Positions 1 through 10,290 of a DNA stretch of 64,000 nt are shown here, piece after piece; positions within the stretch are counted from its first letter, which is position 1, and the number at the start of each line of letters is the position of its first letter. Position numbers and translations under genes: made by a program. Source of the DNA: a virus (taxonomy: Duplodnaviria > Caudoviricetes). The stretch is taken from IMG/VR virus record IMGVR_UViG_3300020049_008107, positions 1-64,000 of that record; one strand, given 5' to 3'. Below the pieces are notes generated by a model. It was not told the origin of the DNA, made no database searches, and saw nothing but the letters and a program-made list of their open reading frames with translations.

Positions 1-216
1 AGTCGCATACTGGCTTTAAAGACCACACAAAATAATCATTGCGCACCTTAATTTCAAATACCCCTTCTTCTAACTGTTTCAAGTAGTCAGATAAGGCTTC
101 GGTAACTGTATCAAAATGGAATAGGTAAGAGAAACAATGAACGTCACATTCATCTGTTTCAATGTTGTGTAGTTCAAATGTCGCTTCTTCCAACAATAGG
201 TATAAGTCTAATTCAT

Positions 217-2937
217 TCATATTTGCATATTCCTAAATGGCTTAAATGCCGAATATCCAATAAATCCCTTCTCAAATCCCACGCGAAGAATGACAAATTC
301 ACCAATACTTAATTGTTGGTTAATATCTATTATCTCCTTGTAGTTTTTAGGGAATATTGTGATTTCATATCGTCCAAAGAAATCCTCAACAGTAAGAAAA
401 CACATCTTTTCATGCTTCGCTTTAGTATAGATTTCCTTCATATCCACTATGTAACAGCCCACGTTAACATAATCCGTATCTCGAAGGTCTTTAAACCTTT
501 GACATTCAATAAGTTCTTGTGGATTAATAGCTATTCTACCAGATAGCGAATATTGATTAAGCCTAAGATTCTTATACTCATCATCAGTAATACCGAGATA
601 AGCCTTGATTTCTTGTAAATCCCAAACGTCATCAAAAGCACCAGCACACAATAATGCTTTAATGGTACTCCTATTTACACTAGGTGATTTAGTGCGTTTG
701 ACAAAATCTTGGAAAGAAATGAACTTCTGTTTAGCCATCTCAGAACCAATCTTCTCAAGTGCACCCTTGCCCACCTTCTTAATTCCAGCCAATCCAAGCC
801 TGATATTACTAGCATCAAGTATGGTATTTTCTATATTGGATTGAAGTATATGAGCTTTGATGACATTTACTTCGCGTTTCTTCATTTGTGATATGAAATT
901 CTGTGTTTCTGCCGAATCTCCAGCACCAAGAGCGCACGAGGAATAATAATACACCGGATAAAACGCCGCAAGGTAAGCAGTTTCATAGCAGATACGCGTA
1001 TAAGCCATCGCATGACCTAAATTCCAGGTATACTTACTAAACTTGTCAATGATAGCCCAAATACGCTCTACATCTTCAATTGTAATACCATTTGCTTGTG
1101 CTCTGTCTGAAAACTTAACCTTTTGTTGTAATAATAGTTCTGGTAGTTTCTTGCCCATAGCCTTTCGAACATCATCAGCTTCAGCCATTGAATAATTGGC
1201 AAGTGTAGTGAAGACGTACATAATCTGCTCTTGATATAATGGCAATTCATATGTTTCAGACATAATGCCCTTAAGTTTTGGGTGAATTGGAACAACATCC
1301 TCTTGACCATTACGCCGTTTAATATAGGATTCGGTAAGTCCTGATAGTAATGCTGCAGACCTACCTAGGGTATTGAGATCAACCAAATCTTTGAATGTTT
1401 TAGGTCTAAGTTGACTAATTACCTTCTTGTAGTTGTATGTATCCCATTGAAAAATACCAGCAGTATCACCAGAATTAATAAGGTCATAGACCTCTGATGA
1501 GTCAATTGGTATCTTCTTTAGGTCTTCAAATGTGAAATTTGGAATGATATCTAGAGCACCCTTGATATTTTGAAGGGTATTCAAACCAAGCACATCCAAT
1601 TTAATAACCCCAAGGTAATCCAAGTCCTCTTGCTCATATTGTGTAACCCGTTTACGCGAATTTGGATGAATAAAAGTAGGTATACCAAGTTCAATAAATG
1701 GCTTTGAAGCAAGAGCTATACCAGAAGCATGCACCCCAATATTTCTTGGAATACCTTCAAATTTCTCAGCTTGTTCAAATAAATCAACAAAATCCTGATT
1801 ATCTTTATTTTTATCATAGATATCCGAATCTCTAATCATTTGTAAATTCAGTGATTGGTCATGTGGAAAAGATTTGATAATACCATCAATCTGAGGTGTT
1901 AGTCTACCTGTAATACGAGCTACTTCGCGAATTGCAGCACGAGCACCAAGGGTATTGATGGTTGCAATATTCATAACCCTTTCATTACCATACTTGAAAC
2001 GCAAATATTCAATGATATATTCTCTATCTTGTGGAAGAAAATCCATATCAATATCGGGCATGGTCTTCCTTCCAGAATTAATAAAGCGGTCAAACGGAAT
2101 AGGGATATTAAATCCATCTGGTTCAACTGGGTTAATTCTAGTAATACCTAGGAGATAAGCAATTAGTGAACCACCAACAGAACCACGACCAGCAGAATAG
2201 TAACCAGAAAGATTCTCGTTACAATGCCTAATTAGATCATACACAAGCATAAAATATTCAGTATATCCAAATTCAGTAATAACCTTCAATTCATAGTTGA
2301 ATCTATCTACATACTTCTGGTTCTGGTGGAAGTTTAAAGCTTCAAATCTACTAGTAACAACATATTTAAAATCTTCTTCTGTAAATCCAGTTGGTGGAAT
2401 AGAAACCTTTTGTGAATCTAATTGATAGTCTTCAAATTGACTGGTGAATTCATCAATGAGAGCTTGACCTTCATAAGCTTGACCTTCTGATACATCTACC
2501 TCATTTAATTGCTTGATAATCTGGAATCCTTGCCTATCATCTGTAGTTAAGTATCTTACTGGTTCAAGACTAATATTCCCATTACTAAGTGCATTAGTTG
2601 ATGAGATTGACAGCAAATTTGGTGATGTTATCATCTCAAATAGAACTAATAGCGATTCCTGTAGATCAACAAGTATCTGGAATCCAACATTATTCTTCGC
2701 AAAAACGAAGAACCATTCAGACTCTAAACCTTCACCCTGCAGCTTTACTTCAAGCTCAAGACCAATAATTGGTTTAATACCCTTAGCCTTAGCCTTGCGG
2801 TAAAATTGGAGTGATGACATCATGGTATCATCACAAATTAGACAATAATCGCCTTCTTTGTGTTGAGCAAGAAGGTCATCTATAGTGATAATTGATTTGA
2901 GAATACTACCTTGTGCAGTCTTTACGTTTAACTTCAT
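217..2937 (-). CDS. dnaE: DNA polymerase III alpha subunit (family C, DnaE-like)
   Basis: 906 aa; SAGRGSVGGSL, catalytic MPDIDMDF, GVHASG, KLDVLGL and LYQEQIM motifs; C-terminal OB fold; shortened PHP domain. Confidence 0.95.
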   Translation of the reverse strand: MKLNVKTAQGSILKSIITIDDLLAQHKEGDYCLICDDTMMSSLQFYRKAKAKGIKPIIGLELEVKLQGEGLESEWFFVFAKNNVGFQILVDLQESLLVLFEMITSPNLLSISSTNALSNGNISLEPVRYLTTDDRQGFQIIKQLNEVDVSEGQAYEGQALIDEFTSQFEDYQLDSQKVSIPPTGFTEEDFKYVVTSRFEALNFHQNQKYVDRFNYELKVITEFGYTEYFMLVYDLIRHCNENLSGYYSAGRGSVGGSLIAYLLGITRINPVEPDGFNIPIPFDRFINSGRKTMPDIDMDFLPQDREYIIEYLRFKYGNERVMNIATINTLGARAAIREVARITGRLTPQIDGIIKSFPHDQSLNLQMIRDSDIYDKNKDNQDFVDLFEQAEKFEGIPRNIGVHASGIALASKPFIELGIPTFIHPNSRKRVTQYEQEDLDYLGVIKLDVLGLNTLQNIKGALDIIPNFTFEDLKKIPIDSSEVYDLINSGDTAGIFQWDTYNYKKVISQLRPKTFKDLVDLNTLGRSAALLSGLTESYIKRRNGQEDVVPIHPKLKGIMSETYELPLYQEQIMYVFTTLANYSMAEADDVRKAMGKKLPELLLQQKVKFSDRAQANGITIEDVERIWAIIDKFSKYTWNLGHAMAYTRICYETAYLAAFYPVYYYSSCALGAGDSAETQNFISQMKKREVNVIKAHILQSNIENTILDASNIRLGLAGIKKVGKGALEKIGSEMAKQKFISFQDFVKRTKSPSVNRSTIKALLCAGAFDDVWDLQEIKAYLGITDDEYKNLRLNQYSLSGRIAINPQELIECQRFKDLRDTDYVNVGCYIVDMKEIYTKAKHEKMCFLTVEDFFGRYEITIFPKNYKEIIDINQQLSIGEFVILRVGFEKGFIGYSAFKPFRNMQI

Positions 2938-2956
2938 AAGGTAGTATCGATGTTAA

Positions 2957-3145
2957 CTATGAAATACCACCCATCACTTTTAATTCATTAACTACATCTT
3001 CCCAAGCCGCTTTGGTGGTTTTACCTTCTCCAATTACTTCACCTTCATTCATAATTGAAACGAATTCACCATTGTTAAATGGGTAAGCTTTTGGAAATGT
3101 TTGTAATGTTATCTCTTTATTTTTGTCTATTGTTTGTGTTTTCAT
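2957..3145 (-). CDS. hypothetical protein downstream of early promoter copy 1
   Basis: 62 aa; AAGGA RBS; directly downstream of the repeated promoter. Confidence 0.7.
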   Translation of the reverse strand: MKTQTIDKNKEITLQTFPKAYPFNNGEFVSIMNEGEVIGEGKTTKAAWEDVVNELKVMGGIS

Positions 3146-3240
3146 TATCTGTTCCTTCTTATTTTTATCGAGGTATCAGTAGGATACCTTCTTTTGTCAT
3201 TTTAACAGATACCCCTTTCCTTGTCAAGCACGTTTTAGGT
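3146..3240 (-). promoter_or_regulatory. repeated sigma70-type promoter cassette, copy 1 (type A)
   Basis: TTGACA (3222-3227), 17 bp spacer, TAAAAT (3199-3204), AGGTATC/GATACCT palindrome, RBS; near-identical to 28141-28234. Confidence 0.85.
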
Positions 3241-3689
3241 CAAGGATTCTCTTCTTGTTCAGATTTAAGAAACTTATCAATAGAAACATGTTTATCATTT
3301 CCACGGACTATTATCTTAGTGTAGGTATTAAGCCATTTCTTCATATAAAGCTTCACGTACTTAGAGAATGGTGCTCTTGGTGGATATTCATAATGAAATA
3401 TACGTCGATGGAATTCGCCATAACAAAGGCTGAGTATGTCATCAAAATCAGAATCATAAAGATGGTTCTCATACTGCTTGAAAATCCGGTCACACAGCTT
3501 TCGAAGCAGACCATCATGGAATAGGAATATGGCATTAAATATAGATTGTCTCTTATCCTCTCTATACAAAAGAATAAGAGTATCTACATGAGTTTCAGTA
3601 GTTTGCTTGTTTTTTTTATGATATTCTTTGAGAAGTATAAGATAATTCTTTACGTTCTCTAAGTAATCTTTCTGCTGTTGTTGCATCAA
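3240..3689 (-). CDS. sigma70 region 2-like protein (putative phage sigma or transcription factor)
   Basis: 149 aa; DFDDILSLCYGEFHRRIFHYEYPPRAPFSKYVKLYMKKWL resembles sigma region 2. Confidence 0.5.
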   Translation of the reverse strand: MMQQQQKDYLENVKNYLILLKEYHKKNKQTTETHVDTLILLYREDKRQSIFNAIFLFHDGLLRKLCDRIFKQYENHLYDSDFDDILSLCYGEFHRRIFHYEYPPRAPFSKYVKLYMKKWLNTYTKIIVRGNDKHVSIDKFLKSEQEENP

Positions 3690-3852
3690 TTAACCCGTGC
3701 TTCACTTTCCATTTATAGTGTGATTCCCACCAATTACAATCTTTTAATGTTCTATTATCAAGCTCAAGTCTACCACAATCAATAACATTACCAAAAAGCT
3801 TAACTTTGTTAAGTAGTTTTGTGTTTACTTGCTCATTAATTGTATCATCCAT
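3616..3852 (-). CDS. hypothetical protein
   Basis: 78 aa ORF in operon order; overlaps the next gene by 74 nt. Confidence 0.5.
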   Translation of the reverse strand: MDDTINEQVNTKLLNKVKLFGNVIDCGRLELDNRTLKDCNWWESHYKWKVKHGLIDATTAERLLRERKELSYTSQRIS

Positions 3853-3854
3853 GG

Positions 3855-4445
3855 CTAATTACCAGAACTACCAAAACCAGCAGCGCCACGACCACCAGCT
3901 TCAACTTTCAAGTCCACAACTTTACGAAAGTTGCCAACTGTATGATGTAATGGGATAAATTGTGCAATTCTCATTCCAGCATTTACAATCTTTGGCTCTT
4001 TATTAAGATTCATACATTTCACAAATAATTCGCCAGTAAAGTTGTGATCAATAACTGAAATATCTATTGCAAGTTTATGTTTCGCAATTGTTGAAGACCT
4101 TCCAATCAACATTAACCAAAGAGGTCTATTGCATTTTACAGCTATTCCAGTAGGAATGTTAACCATTTTATTTGGTGGTATCTCAATGTTCTTTGAAACA
4201 TACAAGTCATATCCAGCATCTGTATCATGTGCCCTGGTAGGTAGCTTTGCATCTTTATCAAGTTGTACCCACTCAAAATCATACGAAAACAGCCAATCTG
4301 AAATCTTCGTTTTCAAGTACAAAGAAAAAGTTCTCTTTGCTTCCCCTCCCCTACTGAAGAGAAAAAGCAAAGAGCTAGTCAGGAACACCATAGAAACAAC
4401 AAACAGAACAAAGAAAACATCAAAATTGAATAGAGTAGGGGACAT
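3855..4445 (-). CDS. dut: trimeric dUTPase with N-terminal hydrophobic segment
   Basis: Motifs AGYDL, GRSS, VIDHNFTGE, RIAQF and RGAAGFGSSG; GAGG RBS upstream of the first ATG. Confidence 0.9.
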   Translation of the reverse strand: MSPTLFNFDVFFVLFVVSMVFLTSSLLFLFSRGGEAKRTFSLYLKTKISDWLFSYDFEWVQLDKDAKLPTRAHDTDAGYDLYVSKNIEIPPNKMVNIPTGIAVKCNRPLWLMLIGRSSTIAKHKLAIDISVIDHNFTGELFVKCMNLNKEPKIVNAGMRIAQFIPLHHTVGNFRKVVDLKVEAGGRGAAGFGSSGN

Positions 4446-4446
4446 T

Positions 4447-5274
4447 TTAAACCTCGTTATTATATTTTTTTAAAATTGCGCTAGCCCTTTGTGAGCTAAT
4501 ATTGTATGCATTTGCCAGTGCTGTCATAGTAGAGTATTTTCTACTATTCCAATCCAGCACTAATTGATAGTTCCTATCTGATGGATCAACTGGTTTTAAA
4601 GTGACAGGCTTACTCAATTCCTTCTCGTTGTAAGACTTTGGTATAGCTGGAGTATTAAGTTCCATCTTGTTATAAACAAGTGGTTTAGTAGATACAATAT
4701 CAAACTTAAATCGCGAAACTTGATGACTTACAACTACAACAACAGTTGAAGGAAATATTGAAGCTATTAAAACAACAATAATTGCGGCATAATAATCATA
4801 TCCAGCTTCTTTTTTTAAAGTTGGGAATTGCTGTTTCAATGTTTCATTGTCTTTATCAATAGCTATATTTGCCTTCTTAGCATTAGCAACATCTTCATAA
4901 TACTTCAAATTGAAAGCATATTGAGCAGCCTCTGACTGGAAGGATTTAAATTCTGGCATATCCAGACGTTTAGTTAAGACTATAGTTGTACTATCTTTAT
5001 ATTTTATATCAAGGAATGGAATAAAGCTAATGCCTGATAATACAGCACTAATTATACCCAACATAACACTGGCTTTAACATAGCCGAGTACCGCAAGGAA
5101 GAAGATAGTACTCTGTATTAACAGAGCAAAAATAAGTGCCGGAATTAGTGTATTGGTTGAAATTAGGTAAAGGATTGTTAATCTCCAGCCCTCGACCACC
5201 ATAGCAGCAAGTAGGAATCCCATAGTAATTGGATGTTCTTCGAAAAGTTTTTTTATACGTGTATGTAAACTCAT
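4447..5274 (-). CDS. membrane protein with coiled coil and C-terminal HTH-like segment
   Basis: 275 aa; three N-terminal hydrophobic helices, one central helix, C-terminal TMTALANAYNISSQRASAILKK. Confidence 0.55.
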   Translation of the reverse strand: MSLHTRIKKLFEEHPITMGFLLAAMVVEGWRLTILYLISTNTLIPALIFALLIQSTIFFLAVLGYVKASVMLGIISAVLSGISFIPFLDIKYKDSTTIVLTKRLDMPEFKSFQSEAAQYAFNLKYYEDVANAKKANIAIDKDNETLKQQFPTLKKEAGYDYYAAIIVVLIASIFPSTVVVVVSHQVSRFKFDIVSTKPLVYNKMELNTPAIPKSYNEKELSKPVTLKPVDPSDRNYQLVLDWNSRKYSTMTALANAYNISSQRASAILKKYNNEV

Positions 5275-5289
5275 GATATGCTATTATCG

Positions 5290-5556
5290 TTATCTAGCAT
5301 AATATCCAAACTCATAATAAGAAGCGTGTATTGCAAGTGTTTTACGTTGAAGATCTGAAAGTTGATAGGTACATTTACAAATACCAGAAACTTGTTTAGT
5401 ATAATTGTTCTCAATGTAGTTATCTTCAATCAATATTTCAGCGAGGTGTCTACGCAATTGTAAATCAGGCAATAATAAAAGTTCAGTTTGACGTTTCCAG
5501 GTAAATCTAGTATCAACAAACTTTAAATCAATGGGATATTTACAATTGAACATCAA
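5290..5556 (-). CDS. hypothetical protein
   Basis: 88 aa; coupled to the primase-helicase stop. Confidence 0.6.
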   Translation of the reverse strand: MMFNCKYPIDLKFVDTRFTWKRQTELLLLPDLQLRRHLAEILIEDNYIENNYTKQVSGICKCTYQLSDLQRKTLAIHASYYEFGYYAR

Positions 5557-8012
5557 TTCTTTGCCTCACTCATTAACAAACTTGACGGATCAAACTGAAT
5601 GTTAACACCTATTTTATCGCGAGAATAGCGCACCTTATCAATAAAAGCGTAAATGTTACCAGAACCAACACCATCAAGTTGGATTTCCTTATCCGTCTTA
5701 CGTTTCATCGCAATAGCTACATCAGCATCATTAAGCATTGCTTTAGCTTCTGCAATTCTACGCATAGAAGGAGTTTTGTCATCATTAGCAGCGTCTGACT
5801 GTTGAGCAGGTAGTATAATAGCAATATCCAAATCTTGAGCTAGAGCCTTAAAAGTCTTGGTCATATTAATAAGCTTTTCCCTTAAATCCATGTCCGAACC
5901 ACCACCAAAGTCAACCAATTGAGCATAGTCAACAATGGCATATTTGATATCATGTTTCTTTTTTAGGTATTTAAGTTTATTGCATATCATAGAGAATTTG
6001 AGACTCTCTACTAGATGTATCTTTTGAAATAGGTGACCTTTGTTTTTAATAAGATTCATAGCTAAGTTTGCACCAACATCATCAAGACCAGAACGCATAA
6101 GGGCAGTATTATCAAGACCAGTCTCAAATGATATCATCCGACCAATAATCTCTTCTTTTGACATTTCTCCTGAAAAGATAACCCCATCATACCCATTATC
6201 AAGTGTTATAATCTTAGCCCAATTTAAAGCCAGATTTGTTTTACCAACACCAGTGTTACCAATAATCATTATTAACTTCTTTGGCATGATACCCCAAATA
6301 GAAGAATCAAACTTAGACCATCTATCACCAAGTTGCACACCCTTATTTTCAGACCTGTTGAGAATTGAGTCTATTGTTGATACAAGAGCAGTCTTCCCAT
6401 CAACTATAAAGGTATCATTATTAGAATTAAATGACAAATCAGTAGTACTTCTTATTGATTCTATGTCCATTGAGTCAATATTAGTTAGTACTGACTGAAA
6501 TGCGTATTTTATTTTACGTTTTTGGCAAACTTCAACGAGTTTTTCGTAGTGTAGCTTCGTTTTCCCATCGGGAATTGGAAGGGTGTCTAGTATGTCCTTT
6601 GAATAACCAGTCAAATGCAATTTAATTGTTTCAAGAGAAACAGACTCATTTTTCGTAATAAAACTCACTATTGCAGCGAAAGCCTTTGAGAAATATTCAC
6701 TAGTTATGTTTTCTGAATACACAATCTTTTGATTATTGATCAAGTTTGCAACAAGTTGTTTTTCTATTTCAAATGTTGAAAGGGTTGAATCTTTAAATAC
6801 TTGATTTACTATTACTTCACTCGGCAAAGTATAGGTATTTGATACGAAGTTGATAAACTCATCATAATAGAAATACTTAATCGACTTAAGAACATTAATA
6901 CAATGTTCATAAGTACCATACTCAACGAAATTATTATGACACCAAACAGGCAATATTTGTGCATTAAGTATAGTACCATTGATAGCTTGTGAACCATACT
7001 TAATAGCATAGTCATCAGGATCAAAGCCTTCATAGTATATACATTTTATTTTTATTGAATAATTTGCTACTTGATCTGGAGTAGAGGTCTTATTTAAGCC
7101 AAAAGCATTAGCATACACACCATTAATAAATTTTTTCCCTGCTTTATCACCATCTACCCATAAATACAATGTAGAAAAATGCTTAGTAAAATATGACATT
7201 AAACCACTATCAATTCGAAGACCAGACATACCAACTACATTGGTAAAACCAAGTAATCTAAGCACTAACACATCAAATACACCCTCAACCAATACAACAT
7301 CCGGTTTGGACGTAATTATCTTGTCAATACCATAATTGAAAAGACCTTCACGAAACTTTAAGTTAAAGTATTTGCCATTAGAAGTAGACCTAATTATAAA
7401 TCCAACTATTTGTCTAAATTCATCTCTAACAGTAAAGATAATAGCCGAATCAAACTGATCAAACACAACAAGATCACTATCATCTGAATTCTTTGGTAGA
7501 TATAATCCTCTACCATTCACATATCTGTATAGCTCATCACCAGATTGACAATAGCCAACACCTTCTGACAAACAAGAAGAAATATCAAACATTCCTCGTT
7601 TATTCAAGTATTCTTGTGGATATGCTTCTTGTAGACCATTAGCAAAAAATGTAGATAGTAATTCCAATGTTGTGTTGAGATCAACATCAAACTTAGCATT
7701 TTGGTAAGCTGACTGCTCAAGATTAAGCAGTTGTATTAACTTTAAAGCTGCATCATCAGTTGAAAGATTGAGCCATTTTTGCAAGAAGGTGATGACATTT
7801 CCACCAGTTGCAGTAGAGAAGCAATAGAAGACATTTAACTTGTCTACTGATATAGTGAATGATGGGGTATTGTCATGATCGTTTAATGGGCTTTTACAAG
7901 ACCAATTCTTACCAGATTTCTTAAATGACCTATGTGTTTGTTCCTGAATGAACTCTTTTAAATTGGTTGTCTGTTCAAAGTCTTCAAGTAGTTTCTTTAT
8001 ATTAAAAAGCAT
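5553..8012 (-). CDS. DnaG primase-DnaB helicase fusion
   Basis: 819 aa; Zn-finger-like N-terminus (TPSF...YCF), TOPRIM VEGVFD and DGDKAG, Walker A GNTGVGKT, IVDYAQL. Confidence 0.92.
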   Translation of the reverse strand: MLFNIKKLLEDFEQTTNLKEFIQEQTHRSFKKSGKNWSCKSPLNDHDNTPSFTISVDKLNVFYCFSTATGGNVITFLQKWLNLSTDDAALKLIQLLNLEQSAYQNAKFDVDLNTTLELLSTFFANGLQEAYPQEYLNKRGMFDISSCLSEGVGYCQSGDELYRYVNGRGLYLPKNSDDSDLVVFDQFDSAIIFTVRDEFRQIVGFIIRSTSNGKYFNLKFREGLFNYGIDKIITSKPDVVLVEGVFDVLVLRLLGFTNVVGMSGLRIDSGLMSYFTKHFSTLYLWVDGDKAGKKFINGVYANAFGLNKTSTPDQVANYSIKIKCIYYEGFDPDDYAIKYGSQAINGTILNAQILPVWCHNNFVEYGTYEHCINVLKSIKYFYYDEFINFVSNTYTLPSEVIVNQVFKDSTLSTFEIEKQLVANLINNQKIVYSENITSEYFSKAFAAIVSFITKNESVSLETIKLHLTGYSKDILDTLPIPDGKTKLHYEKLVEVCQKRKIKYAFQSVLTNIDSMDIESIRSTTDLSFNSNNDTFIVDGKTALVSTIDSILNRSENKGVQLGDRWSKFDSSIWGIMPKKLIMIIGNTGVGKTNLALNWAKIITLDNGYDGVIFSGEMSKEEIIGRMISFETGLDNTALMRSGLDDVGANLAMNLIKNKGHLFQKIHLVESLKFSMICNKLKYLKKKHDIKYAIVDYAQLVDFGGGSDMDLREKLINMTKTFKALAQDLDIAIILPAQQSDAANDDKTPSMRRIAEAKAMLNDADVAIAMKRKTDKEIQLDGVGSGNIYAFIDKVRYSRDKIGVNIQFDPSSLLMSEAKN

Positions 8013-8520
8013 TTGCTTGTTTTATCGCTTCAAATGCTCGTTTGGTGGCAATAGATATATTATCAGTTTTAGGTAGAGCAATGTCTTGCTGTATTTTTAC
8101 TGATGTAATTCTATAATATGCCTCAATGACTTCTTGTAAAGTGCCAAATTCAGCAGGTAGTTCGTGAGAATAAGAAGTAATTATTACATTTGACTTATCA
8201 AAGAATTCAATAAGTTTGTCCCATTCGAACCAAATGAAATCAGAATTGAGCTTATTTTGGAAATGAAACCAGAGTTCTTTATATCCTCTTATATCTCGTT
8301 GTTGAGCCTTAAGCCTTTTAGCCCAAGCAAACTTGTTTACATATCCAGCAATGTATTCCATGTCATCGTGTTTTTTGGATTGGTTAACCATTTTAATGAG
8401 TCCATTAATCTTCATAACCTGAAGCATTCTTTCAATAAAAAAGACATGTTCTGGATTTGATTGGTCTAAAGTAGGGATTTGGTCTAGGCAGTTCCTAGCA
8501 TGGTCTGAACAATACAACAT
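8002..8520 (-). CDS. hypothetical protein
   Basis: 172 aa ORF in the replication operon. Confidence 0.65.
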   Translation of the reverse strand: MLYCSDHARNCLDQIPTLDQSNPEHVFFIERMLQVMKINGLIKMVNQSKKHDDMEYIAGYVNKFAWAKRLKAQQRDIRGYKELWFHFQNKLNSDFIWFEWDKLIEFFDKSNVIITSYSHELPAEFGTLQEVIEAYYRITSVKIQQDIALPKTDNISIATKRAFEAIKQANAF

Positions 8521-8817
8521 GATTAAATATCGTTATTCCAGAACCACCAACAGTTGAAAGCAATCACTATTAAAACAAACCAAACAGTTATAACAAACAC
8601 ATACAATGTTAACACTTCAACCATTCTCCTTTAGAACTTCATACATTGTTTTACCAACACAATAGAATTCTCTACCAATCAACCCAAGAATGAAACCAAT
8701 AAAAAATTCAATCATGTCTATTGTCAATCATTGTTAATGCTATGTAATAGCATGTACCAAATAAGAAGGAAATGCCAAACGCTAGCACGACATCATTAAA
8801 ATCACCAAACAAAGTAT

Positions 8818-9201
8818 TCATCTAGTAGACCTTAGGTTATACATGCGTTTCTCTAATGATTCATATTGAAGTTTAATTACTCGAAGGAGCTGTTCAAAGA
8901 TATCTCGTTGAGCACGAGCAGCACCAAGAGCATTTTTGTCATGGTTAGACTCTATGAGTTTACGAACAGCATTTATTAAGGAGTAGTGAAGCAACGAGAC
9001 TTTCTGATAAAGATAAGGATACAATTGTAACATACCATCTACATCATCAAAAGATGACATAGTAATATCAGCATGTCTTGGTATCAACGAATCAATAAAA
9101 ACGGCGGATTCTTCGTACGACAACTTAGCTACATTATGTATGGTAACTATTTTAGAAAAAACATCGTCATACATAGCGATTGTGTTTTTTACATCAATCA
9201 T
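8818..9201 (-). CDS. helical protein, possibly a recombination mediator (UvsY-like)
   Basis: 127 aa, helical/coiled-coil, downstream of recA; function inferred from position only. Confidence 0.35.
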   Translation of the reverse strand: MIDVKNTIAMYDDVFSKIVTIHNVAKLSYEESAVFIDSLIPRHADITMSSFDDVDGMLQLYPYLYQKVSLLHYSLINAVRKLIESNHDKNALGAARAQRDIFEQLLRVIKLQYESLEKRMYNLRSTR

Positions 9202-9281
9202 TTTTTATAGCCCACAACAGAAGACCTAAAGCACCAACACTAAAGAAAATACTGTTGATATTATCAAGTAAAATGTCCATA

Positions 9282-10280
9282 TTAACCCCTTAGTTCAATT
9301 AATTTCTCTTGTATTAAGAAGAAGATTTCTGGTTTTTCTTTGAGTAAAAGAAGAAGGTTGTCTTTGCCTTGCACCAGTTTCTCACCATTAAATGAATAAT
9401 GACCACCAGATTTTGAATCAATAACGCCTTTATCAATTGCTTCTTCAACAAGGTCATACAACTCAGAGATACCTTCACCAAACACCAGTCTAGTTAAGTG
9501 CTCTCGGTACGGCGGAGCAAGCTTATTCTTTATGATTTTGATGTTGACCATATTATGGTCTTCCTTGCGTTCCTTAATTCTAATATCTAATCTAACAGAA
9601 GCAAAAAACTTAAGGGCATTTCCGCCAGAAGTTGTTTCAGGCGAGCCAAACATAACGCCAAGCTTCATGCGTATTTGATTAATAAAAACAAAAGCTACAT
9701 TTGATATATTTGGAGTAATAACTCTACAATAGCGATTCATAAGACGAGCTTGAGCACCCATATTTGCATCAGTCATATCACCCTCGATTTCTTGCTTTGG
9801 AACAAGAGCAGAAACTGAATCAACAACAAACATACAAGGTCTATCATGGGCATTTAATTTTGGTAGAATGGAATTTGTCATTTCAATCGCTTCTTCACCA
9901 AAATCAGGTTTTAAAATTATCATATTGTCAATGTCAACACCTAAAGCCCTAGCATAATTAACATCAAGTGCCTGCTCTATATCATTAAATACAAAAATCC
10001 CACCGTTCTTTTGACAATTTGCGCCAGTTTGAAGCATAGTAGTGGTTTTACCACCACTCTCTGTACCGTATGCTTCTGTAATTCTGCCAACAGGTATTCC
10101 TCCACAACCAAGTTTATTATTCAAACCAATACTTGGAGTGGGGATTACTGGAACTTTTACAACCTGATCAACATCAGTTCTACCGAGTACTAGACAGCTA
10201 TTTTTACCGAATGACTTTAAAATGTCGTTTTGGATAGTTTTTATTAGGTCTGTAGTCTGTGGTAAAACTGATGTTGTCAA
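9282..10280 (-). CDS. recA: RecA recombinase
   Basis: GRITEAYGTESGGKTT, VVDSVSALVP, QARLM, FINQIRMKLGVMFGSPETTSGGNALKF. Confidence 0.97.
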   Translation of the reverse strand: MTTSVLPQTTDLIKTIQNDILKSFGKNSCLVLGRTDVDQVVKVPVIPTPSIGLNNKLGCGGIPVGRITEAYGTESGGKTTTMLQTGANCQKNGGIFVFNDIEQALDVNYARALGVDIDNMIILKPDFGEEAIEMTNSILPKLNAHDRPCMFVVDSVSALVPKQEIEGDMTDANMGAQARLMNRYCRVITPNISNVAFVFINQIRMKLGVMFGSPETTSGGNALKFFASVRLDIRIKERKEDHNMVNIKIIKNKLAPPYREHLTRLVFGEGISELYDLVEEAIDKGVIDSKSGGHYSFNGEKLVQGKDNLLLLLKEKPEIFFLIQEKLIELRG

Positions 10281-10290
10281 TGTCGAACTC

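Noticed and set aside
217-10280. Inteins or introns in dnaE, primase-helicase or recA
   Set aside because: Lengths and motif spacing are normal and no splicing motifs are evident.
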